A stretch of DNA of 64,000 nt from Candidatus Bathyarchaeota archaeon RBG_16_48_13. Its GTDB lineage: Archaea > Thermoproteota > Bathyarchaeia > RBG-16-48-13. The notes below the pieces were generated by a model. It was not told where the DNA came from. It did no database searches and saw only the letters and a program-made list of their open reading frames with translations. Below are positions 10,243-19,960 of the stretch, piece by piece. Numbering within the stretch: the stretch's first letter is position 1; the number at the start of each line of letters is the position of its first letter. The position numbers and the translations under genes are program-made. The stretch covers positions 1-64,000 of the forward strand of contig MEZH01000001.1 in NCBI GenBank assembly GCA_001775995.1, read 5' to 3'.

Positions 10243-10494
10243 CTACAATTGAATTCCAGCGAGGGTCTTCTCAGCAGATTGGATTGCACTCAATAGATCG
10301 TCGATGGTGGAAATGAAAGTCTCGATCTTTTTATCACATGTTATTACGGACCGAACCGATGATCCTACAGCTTCAGTCTCGACGGATAAGCCCTTAGGAG
10401 GATTCAAATTATCTGGAGAGACGGCAGCTGCTATTGATTTGGCCGCACGTGGATCTTCATACGTTATCTTTATTTCAGCTTTCAGCTTTTTCAC
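10243..10494 (-). CDS. pcc1: KEOPS complex subunit Pcc1
   Basis: 83 aa; AVSPDN and FISTIDDLL pattern; usual neighbour of S15 and DHH genes. Confidence 0.85.
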   Translation of the reverse strand: MKKLKAEIKITYEDPRAAKSIAAAVSPDNLNPPKGLSVETEAVGSSVRSVITCDKKIETFISTIDDLLSAIQSAEKTLAGIQL

Positions 10495-11899
10495 CGACCT
10501 GAAGTGCTTTATCTATCATTTCTTTCACGAGCATAAGGAAAGCGTCTTCTTTACCTAATGGTATTTGGGCTCCCGCAGCTATATTATGTCCTCCACCGCT
10601 TCCAGACACCATTTCAGAGGCCTTCTGCATTATCTCTCCGAGATTTAAACCCCTGCTTATGAGAAACTCATTCCCACGAGCAGACACCTTCACCGTATTT
10701 TCTTTGGTTCGGGTAATGGCGATTATGGGTCTTTCCTGTCCATAGGTTCTGGAGGTGGTAAGGATCGTTGAGATGGCACCAATTATCTTTTCATCTATTA
10801 CATCCTCGCCCTTAATTAGAATAAATGAAGGACACTCCTCCACTCTGTCAGGCACCTCGTTCAACCACTTCAAGCCTTCGCTCAGAGCCTTACGATATTG
10901 AATAAGAACTTGCTGAGCTTCCGAGAAGGCGCTTGCCCTATCACCCATACAGATGGCTATGCCCAGACCAGCTCTATCCATCCTCCCGCATGCATTTAGG
11001 AGTGAGCCGAACTCCCTTGCATCTCTCAGCGGCGAGGAATGGTCTTCCTTGTTTAAAGTGTATACTTTGCCAATGAGTCCAGAGGCTGCATCCTTGTCTA
11101 CCCCTAATGAATCCAGATGTGTAACAAGATGCTCCATGATCTCTTGTTTCTCATCCTTTCTCAGGTCTGAGACGGTTCGCCATCTATCTCCTTCTTTCAG
11201 TTCAATTTCCGCATCTTTTATCAAGAATCGCAAGCACTCGTCTTCTTCACCGCTAAGTCCAGGGATGAAGGGGTTGAAGGTCGATGCAATAGCTTTAGCA
11301 ATTTGTCTGGTTTCACGTCCATAGAATAAGAGATCCGTTTCTTCCTTGATATATCCTCCATCCACACCGTCTTTGACTATGCGCTTGTTAAGGCCTAATA
11401 ATTCCCGGCCCTTGTTTCTATCCTGCATATCGGCCAAAGCACCAACTATCGCTATTTGTGAGAGATCTGCATTCCTTTCGTCTACGGCTTTGGCCACTAG
11501 ATACGATACACCAGAACCGCTGAGATCAGTTGCGCCATCCAATCCATATGAATGGGGGTTTACTTGAATCACGTTTGCTGATGGCTCACCCTGAATTTGA
11601 TGGTGATCGAGTACCACGCACTGAGATTCAAAGCTCTTGTTTATCGCTTCGAGGTAACCACTGCCGAAGTCGACCATGATGTACAAGGCAGCTTTCTCTT
11701 TGGCGATATTATTTATGACCTTCTCATCAAGTTGTTTCGCAATTCGGATTGAGAAATTAGCTCCTTGTCTCAGTAGGGCTTTCCCCATGAGACCTGCACC
11801 TGATAGGCCGTCGGCGTCAAAGTGACCTATGATTCTTATATTGCCATCTTTTTGGGAGAATTCCCGGATTATCTTGGAGGCCCCGGCGGAATCCTTCAA
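10475..11899 (-). CDS. DHH-family phosphoesterase (RecJ/GAN/Cdc45-like)
   Basis: HFDADG, LDHH and GGGHNIAAGA motifs. Confidence 0.9.
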   Translation of the reverse strand: MKDSAGASKIIREFSQKDGNIRIIGHFDADGLSGAGLMGKALLRQGANFSIRIAKQLDEKVINNIAKEKAALYIMVDFGSGYLEAINKSFESQCVVLDHHQIQGEPSANVIQVNPHSYGLDGATDLSGSGVSYLVAKAVDERNADLSQIAIVGALADMQDRNKGRELLGLNKRIVKDGVDGGYIKEETDLLFYGRETRQIAKAIASTFNPFIPGLSGEEDECLRFLIKDAEIELKEGDRWRTVSDLRKDEKQEIMEHLVTHLDSLGVDKDAASGLIGKVYTLNKEDHSSPLRDAREFGSLLNACGRMDRAGLGIAICMGDRASAFSEAQQVLIQYRKALSEGLKWLNEVPDRVEECPSFILIKGEDVIDEKIIGAISTILTTSRTYGQERPIIAITRTKENTVKVSARGNEFLISRGLNLGEIMQKASEMVSGSGGGHNIAAGAQIPLGKEDAFLMLVKEMIDKALQVGEKAES

Positions 11900-11957
11900 A
11901 ACTCCCTCTACGGAACTAGAAGTTGCCAGTATTCGAGGGCCTCCTTTCCGTCAGAGA

Positions 11958-12407
11958 CTAGATGGCCTTCAAGACCACGGCCTTGTATTCCCATTCCTTT
12001 GGGAGTAAACCCTTTTTCTTATAGTATCTGGAGAGGCTGTGGATTTTGGCTTCTATTAGTATAAGTGAACGTTTATTGACGAAGTCTGTCTTATTCTTCT
12101 CCAGGTGTTTCTTCAGGCGGATGGCCTTTTCCACTAGCTCGTCTATGGTCTCGGGGATAGAAGGGCCGAGCTTAGATTCCTTGAGTATTTGTCCGATGCG
12201 CTTCCCAGTTATTGATTTAACGAGCGGTATTCCATGCTGATCTCGAAGGGCCGTTCCGATCATGGATAATTTCTGGCCCTCTTTTGCTTTCTTAACTATT
12301 ATAGCTTCGACTTCATCCGAGGTGTATTTGCACCAAGCTGGAGGGCGTTTTGTGACTGGCCTTGTGGATTGAGACTTTCCATGTTCCTTCTTCGGCAATC
12401 GTTTCAC
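11958..12407 (-). CDS. rps15: Ribosomal protein S15 (uS15/S13e)
   Basis: IGTALRDQHGIP and LILIEAKIHSLSRYYK. Confidence 0.95.
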   Translation of the reverse strand: MKRLPKKEHGKSQSTRPVTKRPPAWCKYTSDEVEAIIVKKAKEGQKLSMIGTALRDQHGIPLVKSITGKRIGQILKESKLGPSIPETIDELVEKAIRLKKHLEKNKTDFVNKRSLILIEAKIHSLSRYYKKKGLLPKEWEYKAVVLKAI

Positions 12408-12608
12408 CTATACCAAGAATTGAAACGGTCTATCTATGGAGAAGGGCAATTTAAAGGTTGTCTATACGAGGGGCACATTCTTGCGAAGGAGTATGGATGG
12501 AAGAAGAATCAAGCTGGACACAATTCTATGGCCCAGACCTCCCGAATCAACGTTGTCTGAAGAATTAAAATATTCGAATCCGAAGAGTTGGGAACGTGGG
12601 TCACAATA

Positions 12609-13959
12609 ATGGTCAACATATTGGTCAAGAACGTTCTCATCTTAACGATGAATGGTAGTCAACAAATCATTAAGGACGGTGCCATAGCTATTGAGAATGA
12701 TAGAATAGTCGAGATAGGCAAGAGCAATGATTTAACCAGGAGTTACAAAGCAGAAAAAGTCCTCGATGCTTCTGGGAGACTAGTGATGCCGGGGGTGGTT
12801 TGTCCCACTGCCACACCCAGAGCAAAGCATGGGGTGGGATGCCAACGCCGTACGAATCTGAGCTCTATGCGATATTGTCGACTGGCTGGTGGCCTATGCT
12901 TGAAGACATGCTAAGGAAAAGGATGTCTATGCCATTGCGAAGTGGGCATGTGTTGAGATGATGATGTTGGGAACTACAACTATTTTTGATGTAATGGAAG
13001 CTCCAAAAGGTCTACCAGGTATCTTAGACTCTGAAGCCAAGGCACTCGGAAGTGGGTATGAGGGGGATAATATGCCAAGAGGCTACAGAAAGAATCAGCA
13101 AGGAAAACGGCGAACTCGGAATAAAAGAGAACCTGGAATTTGTAAAAAGTGGAATAACGACCCCGAGGCGTTGGTCAAAGGGATGTTCTGTGTCCACACA
13201 GTCTTCTCATGTTCCCCCGAAATGTTGAAGAAAGTGAGAGAATTAGCCAACGAGTATAAGGCTGGGATCCACCTTCATGTAGAGGAAAGCGTGTATGAGG
13301 TTAATTATTGCCGTAAAACGCATGGAAAAGCCTCAGTATTCCATTTGGATGACCTTGGGGTTTTGGGTTCGGATGTTGTGGCGGCTCAATGCGTCCAAAC
13401 TACTGAGGCTGAGATTGAGATTTTGGCAGAGAGAGGTGTGAAGGTAGCTCACAACCTCCAAACCAACATGGAGATTGGGGCGGGAATAGCACAGGTACCG
13501 AAAATGTTGCAGGAAGGAGTGACGGTAGGCATAGGAAACGACGGATTTGTCCCAGACATGTTCGAAGTTCTTCGCGGAGTCTACCTAACCCACAAGGGAG
13601 TTACAAGGGATATTAGCGTTCTACCAGCTGAAAAGTGTTTAGAGATGGCGACAATAGATGGAGCAAGAGTTCTTGGAATGGACAGAGAGATAGGCTCCAT
13701 AGAAAAAGGCAAGAAGGCAGATATGATCATAGTTGATCTTCCGAATGTGACACCATTAACACCTGAGAATATATACAGCCAGATCATATCGACGGCTATG
13801 GGCCGAGGTGTTGAGTCCTCAATCATTGATGGGAGGGTTGTCATGGAAAAACGGAGGGTTCTAACGACGGATCCAGAGAAAGCGATGAAGAAGTGTGAAG
13901 AGACTTCCTTAGACATTTGGAACAGAAACAAGGTGAATCTTGAAAAAAGGTTGCTATGA
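12609..13959 (+). pseudogene. Amidohydrolase (MTA/SAH-deaminase-like) with about 4 frameshifts; pseudogene or assembly errors
   Basis: Metal-binding H-x-H is recovered only by shifting frame at 12804-12806; further shifts near 12917, 13048 and 13146; HLHVEES, GNDG and GSIEKGKKAD motifs intact. Confidence 0.7.
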
Positions 13960-14006
13960 GATAAGCATGGTCATACTATAGCATTTCTCGACCCCAACTT
14001 CCATTT

Positions 14007-15119
14007 CTAGGGTTTGAAGACAGCTTTTACGGCTTTCCTGTTCTCCACGGTTTCAAAAGCTTCTTGAGCTTTTTCAATTGAGAAGGTGTGCGTTATCAGT
14101 TTCTCAAAGTGGTATTTCCTATGAATCGTTCTCAAGATCTTCAGGGCTTTGTAGTAGTGGCGTGGCGCCATTCCCCATGAGCCGTAAATTTTCAGCTGCT
14201 TCCTTGTGATCAGATGAGGATTAACCGCAGTCGTGCCCCTATCTGTGAAGTGGCCAACAACTAGATACCTACCACTATCTCTGCACATCAATAGGCCGTC
14301 ATCAAGAGCGTTAGGGCTGCCCGTGCACTCAAGAACGACGTCAGCGCCAATGCCATCCGTCAAGTCAAGAACTCGTTGAACTCGTTCTTGGGGTGAGATC
14401 GCGTCGTTTGTATTTATTAGGAAATCTGCGCCCATTTCCCTAGCTACCTCCAGCCGTTCTTTCACAGAGTCTATAACGACAGTCGTAGATGCGCCTGATT
14501 CCTTCGCGAGGGCTAGGGCGAAAAGACCTATAGGACCGGCGCCTTGAATGGCAACGCTATCTCCAGCCTCAACACCCACAACTTCTATTCCATGGATAAT
14601 GGTTGGCGCAGCGCAACCTACTGAGACCAGCGATTCCGTAGGTAAATCTTCAGGCACTCTGAAAAGATATGCTTTTGGAAGAAGATAGACATATTCAGAG
14701 TGACCCCCAAAAAGGTACGGTGGACTTTTGCATGATAGAGTTATGCCGTAGACCTTTCTATTGATGCAGCGCGTCTGTTCTTTGGCTATCTGGCAGTAGT
14801 AGCACCTTCCGCAGTCTACTCCCGAAGCGAAGTAGATTCGATCTCCTACACTCAGAGGCTTTCCCAGGAGATCTTTCTCCAGTCCTTTTCCCATTTCCTC
14901 AAGGGTTCCAACGGTTTCATGCCCTGGGATGACAGGGTAAGGAATCTTCAACCTGCCGTGCCAAAGGTGTATGTCGGTCCCACATATTCCGGCCAAATCA
15001 ACTTTGAGAAGAGCAGCGCCGTCCTCCAATTTTTCGGGTCGGGGAAATTCTTGGACCTCTATCGGCTGATTGGGCGCGGTCAAAACAGCTGCCTTGACCA
15101 AATGATCACATCCATTCAT
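14007..15119 (-). CDS. Zinc-binding alcohol dehydrogenase (MDR family)
   Basis: GICGTD, GHE, C-GRCYYC-x7-C structural Zn site, GAGPIG. Confidence 0.93.
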   Translation of the reverse strand: MNGCDHLVKAAVLTAPNQPIEVQEFPRPEKLEDGAALLKVDLAGICGTDIHLWHGRLKIPYPVIPGHETVGTLEEMGKGLEKDLLGKPLSVGDRIYFASGVDCGRCYYCQIAKEQTRCINRKVYGITLSCKSPPYLFGGHSEYVYLLPKAYLFRVPEDLPTESLVSVGCAAPTIIHGIEVVGVEAGDSVAIQGAGPIGLFALALAKESGASTTVVIDSVKERLEVAREMGADFLINTNDAISPQERVQRVLDLTDGIGADVVLECTGSPNALDDGLLMCRDSGRYLVVGHFTDRGTTAVNPHLITRKQLKIYGSWGMAPRHYYKALKILRTIHRKYHFEKLITHTFSIEKAQEAFETVENRKAVKAVFKP

Positions 15120-15132
15120 TCTTAAGGTTCGT

Positions 15133-16941
15133 CTAGGCTAGACCAAGATCATACAGTTTCTCTTTTCTAGGTAGCCCGCTCTTCAGATCCCAGCCTCTCA
15201 GCTCGTAGTATTCATCCTTCATGGCTTCAAAGCTTGCTTTAGATAGTTTTTGACCCGCGTGGGGACCTGTTTTGACGGGTTCGACGAAGAACCTGTCAGC
15301 AACCACATCATGATCCCTAGTTATTCCACTTCTGGCTAAAAGCAACCTCTCCAAATTGTACACTCGCTCGCCTAATTTCAGTGCTTCCTCAGGAGTCAGA
15401 TTCAAACCGGTTACCAAGTTGACCGCTTTCGCCAGTTGAGGTAGTGGCAACGCCTTCATGGCGAAGAGGCACATACCAGAAGAGTCTATGAATGTTCTGA
15501 GGTTCTGAATGCCCAACACCAGCTTGGCTCGCCCTTCTGTGGAGTAGATGGGAACCTTACCGCTTAGTTCATCGGCTATCGTCCAAGCCCTGAGGTGACA
15601 ACCCCCCCTCGAGGCAGTGGAAAAGGCCAGAGCCATACCAGGAATTGGCCTAGGATCGTAGGCTGGAAGTTCCATACCCTTAACGTGGATGGCGAATTTG
15701 TCAGAGCCCTTCCCGATGATTTCGGCCATGACCTTTACCCCTTGAGCGAGGAGTGCCCCCTCGTCTTGGAGGTAGGATATCTTTCTGATTAATGGCAGGA
15801 GGGCTTCATGGTTACCAAACCTTAGGTCAATTCCGTTGACGTGGAATAGACCTTTCTCGGCGCATTCCATTGAAAATCCTATCACGTTGCCTGCTGAGAC
15901 CGTGTCTAGACCCAGGTCATTGCATAGAGCATTGGCAGCTATCACTGCGTCCATTCTGTCAATGCCACATTGGGCGCTGAAGGCCCATATAGTCTCATAT
16001 TGAGGGCCAAATGTGTGAACAGGTCCATATGGCCCCTCCTTGACGGCGGTAATCTTCTCACATACTATGGGGCATCGTAAACACGCGCTATCTTTGACAA
16101 CGTATTCTTTGAAGACATGTTCATTCACTTTGGTTATAGCTTCGTAGGCTCCCGATTCTTGGTAATTCTTTACTGGGAGCACGCCATAGGAATTCATAGA
16201 GCTCATGAAGTAGGTTGTGCCGTACTTAGGGTATAGATCACAAGCGGGACTGACAGTCCTGAGAGTCGATATAATCTCTTTTGTGGCGTCTAGGAGGGCC
16301 GGAGGATCGGAGACAGATATCTCCTTTGTTCCTCGGACGGCTACAGCTTTTAGATTTTTGGAGCCCATGACCGCTCCTATGCCGCATCTGCCTCCGGCCC
16401 GATTTCCCACTATTATGCTGGAATATTTAACGTGACGCTCCCCAGCTGGCCCTATGACTGCAGTTTGGGTTTCATGACCCAGTTCCTCCTTCAAGATCTG
16501 ATTAGCCGCAGTAGTAGTCAGACCCCACAGGTGTTGGCCAGCCCTGATCGATATAGCGCCATCGTTGATCCATAGGTATACGGGTTTCTCTGCTCTTCCC
16601 TCGAAGACTAGGTGATCGTAGCCTGCCGACTTCATCTTTGGAGCGAAAAAGCCGGAACTCATAGTGAATCCATACATATTCGTCAGCGGTGAGAGGGCGG
16701 TGATCGCGAACTTCACCGCAGCGGGTATTATGGTTCCCGTCAAGGGTCCTGTGGAGAAAATCAAAAGGTTATCAGGAGACAAAGGCTCGACGCCTGGGGG
16801 TAGGCGATCATACAGTAGCTTCGCTGCATAACCTCTGCCACCCAAGAAGCCTCTTGTTATGGCCGGATCGGTGGATTCTTCATGAATGGTTGACTTGGAT
16901 AGGTTTACTCTCAGGACCTTGCCTGCGTATCCGTTAGCCAT
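15133..16941 (-). CDS. aor: Tungsten-containing aldehyde:ferredoxin oxidoreductase family protein
   Basis: GGRG, GAVMGSKNLKA, C-x2-C-x3-C and RGGCHLR motifs. Confidence 0.93.
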   Translation of the reverse strand: MANGYAGKVLRVNLSKSTIHEESTDPAITRGFLGGRGYAAKLLYDRLPPGVEPLSPDNLLIFSTGPLTGTIIPAAVKFAITALSPLTNMYGFTMSSGFFAPKMKSAGYDHLVFEGRAEKPVYLWINDGAISIRAGQHLWGLTTTAANQILKEELGHETQTAVIGPAGERHVKYSSIIVGNRAGGRCGIGAVMGSKNLKAVAVRGTKEISVSDPPALLDATKEIISTLRTVSPACDLYPKYGTTYFMSSMNSYGVLPVKNYQESGAYEAITKVNEHVFKEYVVKDSACLRCPIVCEKITAVKEGPYGPVHTFGPQYETIWAFSAQCGIDRMDAVIAANALCNDLGLDTVSAGNVIGFSMECAEKGLFHVNGIDLRFGNHEALLPLIRKISYLQDEGALLAQGVKVMAEIIGKGSDKFAIHVKGMELPAYDPRPIPGMALAFSTASRGGCHLRAWTIADELSGKVPIYSTEGRAKLVLGIQNLRTFIDSSGMCLFAMKALPLPQLAKAVNLVTGLNLTPEEALKLGERVYNLERLLLARSGITRDHDVVADRFFVEPVKTGPHAGQKLSKASFEAMKDEYYELRGWDLKSGLPRKEKLYDLGLA

Positions 16942-17290
16942 GGGATGACCTCATTTTGATCTTTCTAAGGTGTCAAAGATTCTATTAGTTATGGTTAGTC
17001 TCAAGTGGTGACTTCTCTTGCGTCCATATAAGCATAGACTTTGGTCGATTGCATAAGTTGCTTGATATCAAGGAGCTCATTGGAGCTGTGAGCTGTTAGC
17101 GCGGGCCGTCTTTGACTTAACGATTTCGTCCGTGCTGTATGCTGATTCAATCTTCTTTGTAGGGGCCTACGTCAACGCTCTTATTTGTTCTCTATGACCA
17201 CGGCTCCGTCAGTGACAGTCTTCTGCTTCTCATCCATAGTCAGGACGTGTTTCCTTTTTGCAAGCAGGTGTTTTCAGTGCTTTTGCGCTT

Positions 17291-18382
17291 TCACGTTTTC
17301 CTCAACGGTTTCTTAACTTGCGCGAAGCGCTCGGCCATTGCATCGAACAATTTCGCTGCACCGAATCTCTGGACGTCAGTTGCGGGCAAATTCGTTTCCT
17401 TTTCAGCCTGTCTCATTGCCGCTCTGATTTCATCGTCCGACTTCAAACCGGCGTAGTTGTAAATATAGCTAATGGAAATTGCCACGACTTTGGCCTTGGG
17501 GTTCAGCGTTTCGATCAGATGTATCTCTCTCTTGGGACTCGCTACTTTCATCGTCGGAAAACCATCTCGGGTTCCTCTGAATGGATCGTGAACCATTATC
17601 ACTGCATCGGGCTGAGAACCGTAGAGTATTGCACAGGTTTCGACTGCATAGGCTGGGTGAGAAAGTGAGGCCTGCCCTTCAACGATGACTAAATCCTTTC
17701 CCATCTTTGCAACGTCAGCGGTCATCTTTGCTACGGTTCCCGAGATGAAATCTCCAGGAATGGCGTCTAGTGCTGCGCCAGCATCTCCTCGCACAAGCAT
17801 CATGGTCTGTCCAGTTGCAACTGCGCCGACTTTGTAACCTCTTTTTTCAGCTTCTTTCGCGAGTTCCATCATAACTATGTTCTTGCCCGTAGCCGCGTCA
17901 GTTGAAAGAATAGCCACTACAGGCACTTTGATATCTATCAGTTTCATGAGCACTTGCATATCCTTGGGTGGCTTTCTCAGATCGATCAATTTGACCCCGT
18001 GTTTCTCTGCAAGCTTAACAAATTCAGGCTGGTCGCCGAAGAAATAGTGCAGTCCGCTGACGATGTCCAGCCTGTTTTTGATGGCTTCTCTGACGATGTC
18101 TTTCCATGCTTCTGGAAGTGATCCACCAGGCGGTGCGATTCCGATGATCAATGCCCCCGGCTTGTACTTCAAAGCTTCTTTCAGGTTTCGAACGATCGGT
18201 ATGTTCCTCTTGCCAACTCCCAACACTTGGCCGGCATCTTTCCCGGCCTTTTCTTCATCGATGACTGCTAAGATGTCGTATTTGCCACTTCCGTATATGA
18301 CAAGGTCGTTGGCAGTTTTTGATTCAAGAGTGCCGAACGCCTTGTTTGCTAGTACTATGGCGCTTTTGCGATTTTCAGGCAT
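17291..18382 (-). CDS. DUF1611 family protein (DgcN-like)
   Basis: IGIAPPGG, VSGLH, TDAATGK, ATGQT and VEGQASLSHP motifs. Confidence 0.88.
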   Translation of the reverse strand: MPENRKSAIVLANKAFGTLESKTANDLVIYGSGKYDILAVIDEEKAGKDAGQVLGVGKRNIPIVRNLKEALKYKPGALIIGIAPPGGSLPEAWKDIVREAIKNRLDIVSGLHYFFGDQPEFVKLAEKHGVKLIDLRKPPKDMQVLMKLIDIKVPVVAILSTDAATGKNIVMMELAKEAEKRGYKVGAVATGQTMMLVRGDAGAALDAIPGDFISGTVAKMTADVAKMGKDLVIVEGQASLSHPAYAVETCAILYGSQPDAVIMVHDPFRGTRDGFPTMKVASPKREIHLIETLNPKAKVVAISISYIYNYAGLKSDDEIRAAMRQAEKETNLPATDVQRFGAAKLFDAMAERFAQVKKPLRKT

Positions 18383-18538
18383 TTTGTCACGCTCTTTTTA
18401 AGCCATTGACCAACTTGCTATATATCTTTATTCGTTGACAATAAATGGTTACAGACGGATGAATTCTACAGCAATAACGGTTAATCTTGTTTTTAAAGGT
18501 GAAAGATTGCGACTTCAACTGGTGTAATCGAGGCAGGA

Positions 18539-19852
18539 ATGGCGGTCGATCAAGGCAAGATCGTTGCTCTGGCCAAGCGAGCGCTCTTCAGGCCAGTTGC
18601 GGTTAGAAACGCTTTTACCCAAACTGCGGTTCATAGTTCAAGAGGAGGCTCTCTTTTGGCTTCGGAGATATCAGATATCCTGAAGAGGATTGATAGGAAA
18701 GAGGTCATCGAACTAACCCAGGAGCTCGTCAGAATACCGAGCGTCACTGGATGCGAAGGAGATGTAGCCGAATACATTCAGGGTCGCCTGAAGGCCTTCG
18801 GTCTCAAGACTGAGAAACAAAACATAGTCGAAAAAAGGTTCAACGTGATAGGTAGGATGGACGGAGCCTCGTCTGAGAATTCTCTGATGCTCCACGGCCA
18901 CATGGATACTGTCCCCACCTTCGATATGGAAGAGCCATATTCCGGAAAGATCATAGGAGATTCAATCTACGGTCGCGGGGCATGCGATCAGAAGGGCGGC
19001 ATCGCCGCCTCCATGATAGCTCTGAAAGCCATCAGAGAGTCCGGATTAAAGCTCAAGAAAGGAATACTCTTCGCAGGGGTCATAGATGAAGAAGCGGAGC
19101 ACAGAGGCAGCTATCATCTGGCCAAGAAAGGCCCGAGAGCCGAGATGGCCGTCATTACAGACCAATCAAACTTGGAAGCAGAGATCGGCTGCAAAGGAAG
19201 CATCCCAATTAGGATCACTACCAAAGGCAAAGCTGTCCACGGAAGCACTCCCTGGCTAGGGATCAATGCCATTTCCAAGATGGTCAAAATCATAGAAGTT
19301 ATGAATCAACTCTCCCTCGGAGAAACTAAAATAGAGGGCTTAGGCAACTTCAAAACAACAATCAACATCGGCCTGATCCAAGGCGGAAACGCCTACAACA
19401 TAGTCCCTGACAAATGCTCGATCTGGATCGATCTAAGAGTTGTGGCAGGAGACGACAATCAGACCATCTTGAAGCAATTCAAAGAAGCTCTGAGACAGCT
19501 GAAGCTCAAAGACAAAGAAATTGATGCAACCATGGAAGTAGCTAGGCCGGACTGGAAATGGGCCACAATATTAAGAAGGGGACTTAAACCCTTCTTGGTT
19601 CCACAAGATTCCTCGGTAGTAGTCTCCCTCTCAGAAGCCATAGCCGCGACTGGCGGAAAACTTCGCTTATCGTACTCAAACGGCTACGTTGACGCTGATT
19701 TCCTAGTAAACGATGCCAGCATACCCAGCGTGGTATACGGCCCTGGGGGCGAAGGCAATGCTCACAGCCCGAAAGAACGAGTGAAGATAGATCAGCTTGT
19801 GCAGGCAGCGAAGGTGTACGCCTACATGGCGGCTAAAGAAGCGTCAAAATGA
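18539..19852 (+). CDS. M20 family metallopeptidase/deacylase (ArgE/DapE-like); true start probably downstream
   Basis: GHMDTV, GRGACDQKGG, DEE and HS metal ligands. Confidence 0.9.
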   Translation: MAVDQGKIVALAKRALFRPVAVRNAFTQTAVHSSRGGSLLASEISDILKRIDRKEVIELTQELVRIPSVTGCEGDVAEYIQGRLKAFGLKTEKQNIVEKRFNVIGRMDGASSENSLMLHGHMDTVPTFDMEEPYSGKIIGDSIYGRGACDQKGGIAASMIALKAIRESGLKLKKGILFAGVIDEEAEHRGSYHLAKKGPRAEMAVITDQSNLEAEIGCKGSIPIRITTKGKAVHGSTPWLGINAISKMVKIIEVMNQLSLGETKIEGLGNFKTTINIGLIQGGNAYNIVPDKCSIWIDLRVVAGDDNQTILKQFKEALRQLKLKDKEIDATMEVARPDWKWATILRRGLKPFLVPQDSSVVVSLSEAIAATGGKLRLSYSNGYVDADFLVNDASIPSVVYGPGGEGNAHSPKERVKIDQLVQAAKVYAYMAAKEASK

Positions 19853-19960
19853 CTCTTTGATTATGCGTCACCGGCAATTTAGTCAAAACGTCTTCTGCAA
19901 GGTGAACCAATGGGTTTGTGAGATGTTGAGAAGCCCTCAAGAGCTTCTATAAACGTTATT

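Noticed and set aside
12800-13150. Programmed ribosomal frameshifting in the amidohydrolase
   Set aside because: No slippery heptamer with a downstream structure; four shifts at short homopolymers fit errors or decay better.
16950-17290. 340-bp gap between aor and DUF1611 as an ncRNA or small gene
   Set aside because: No convincing ORF, stems or repeats; likely promoter and UTR sequence.
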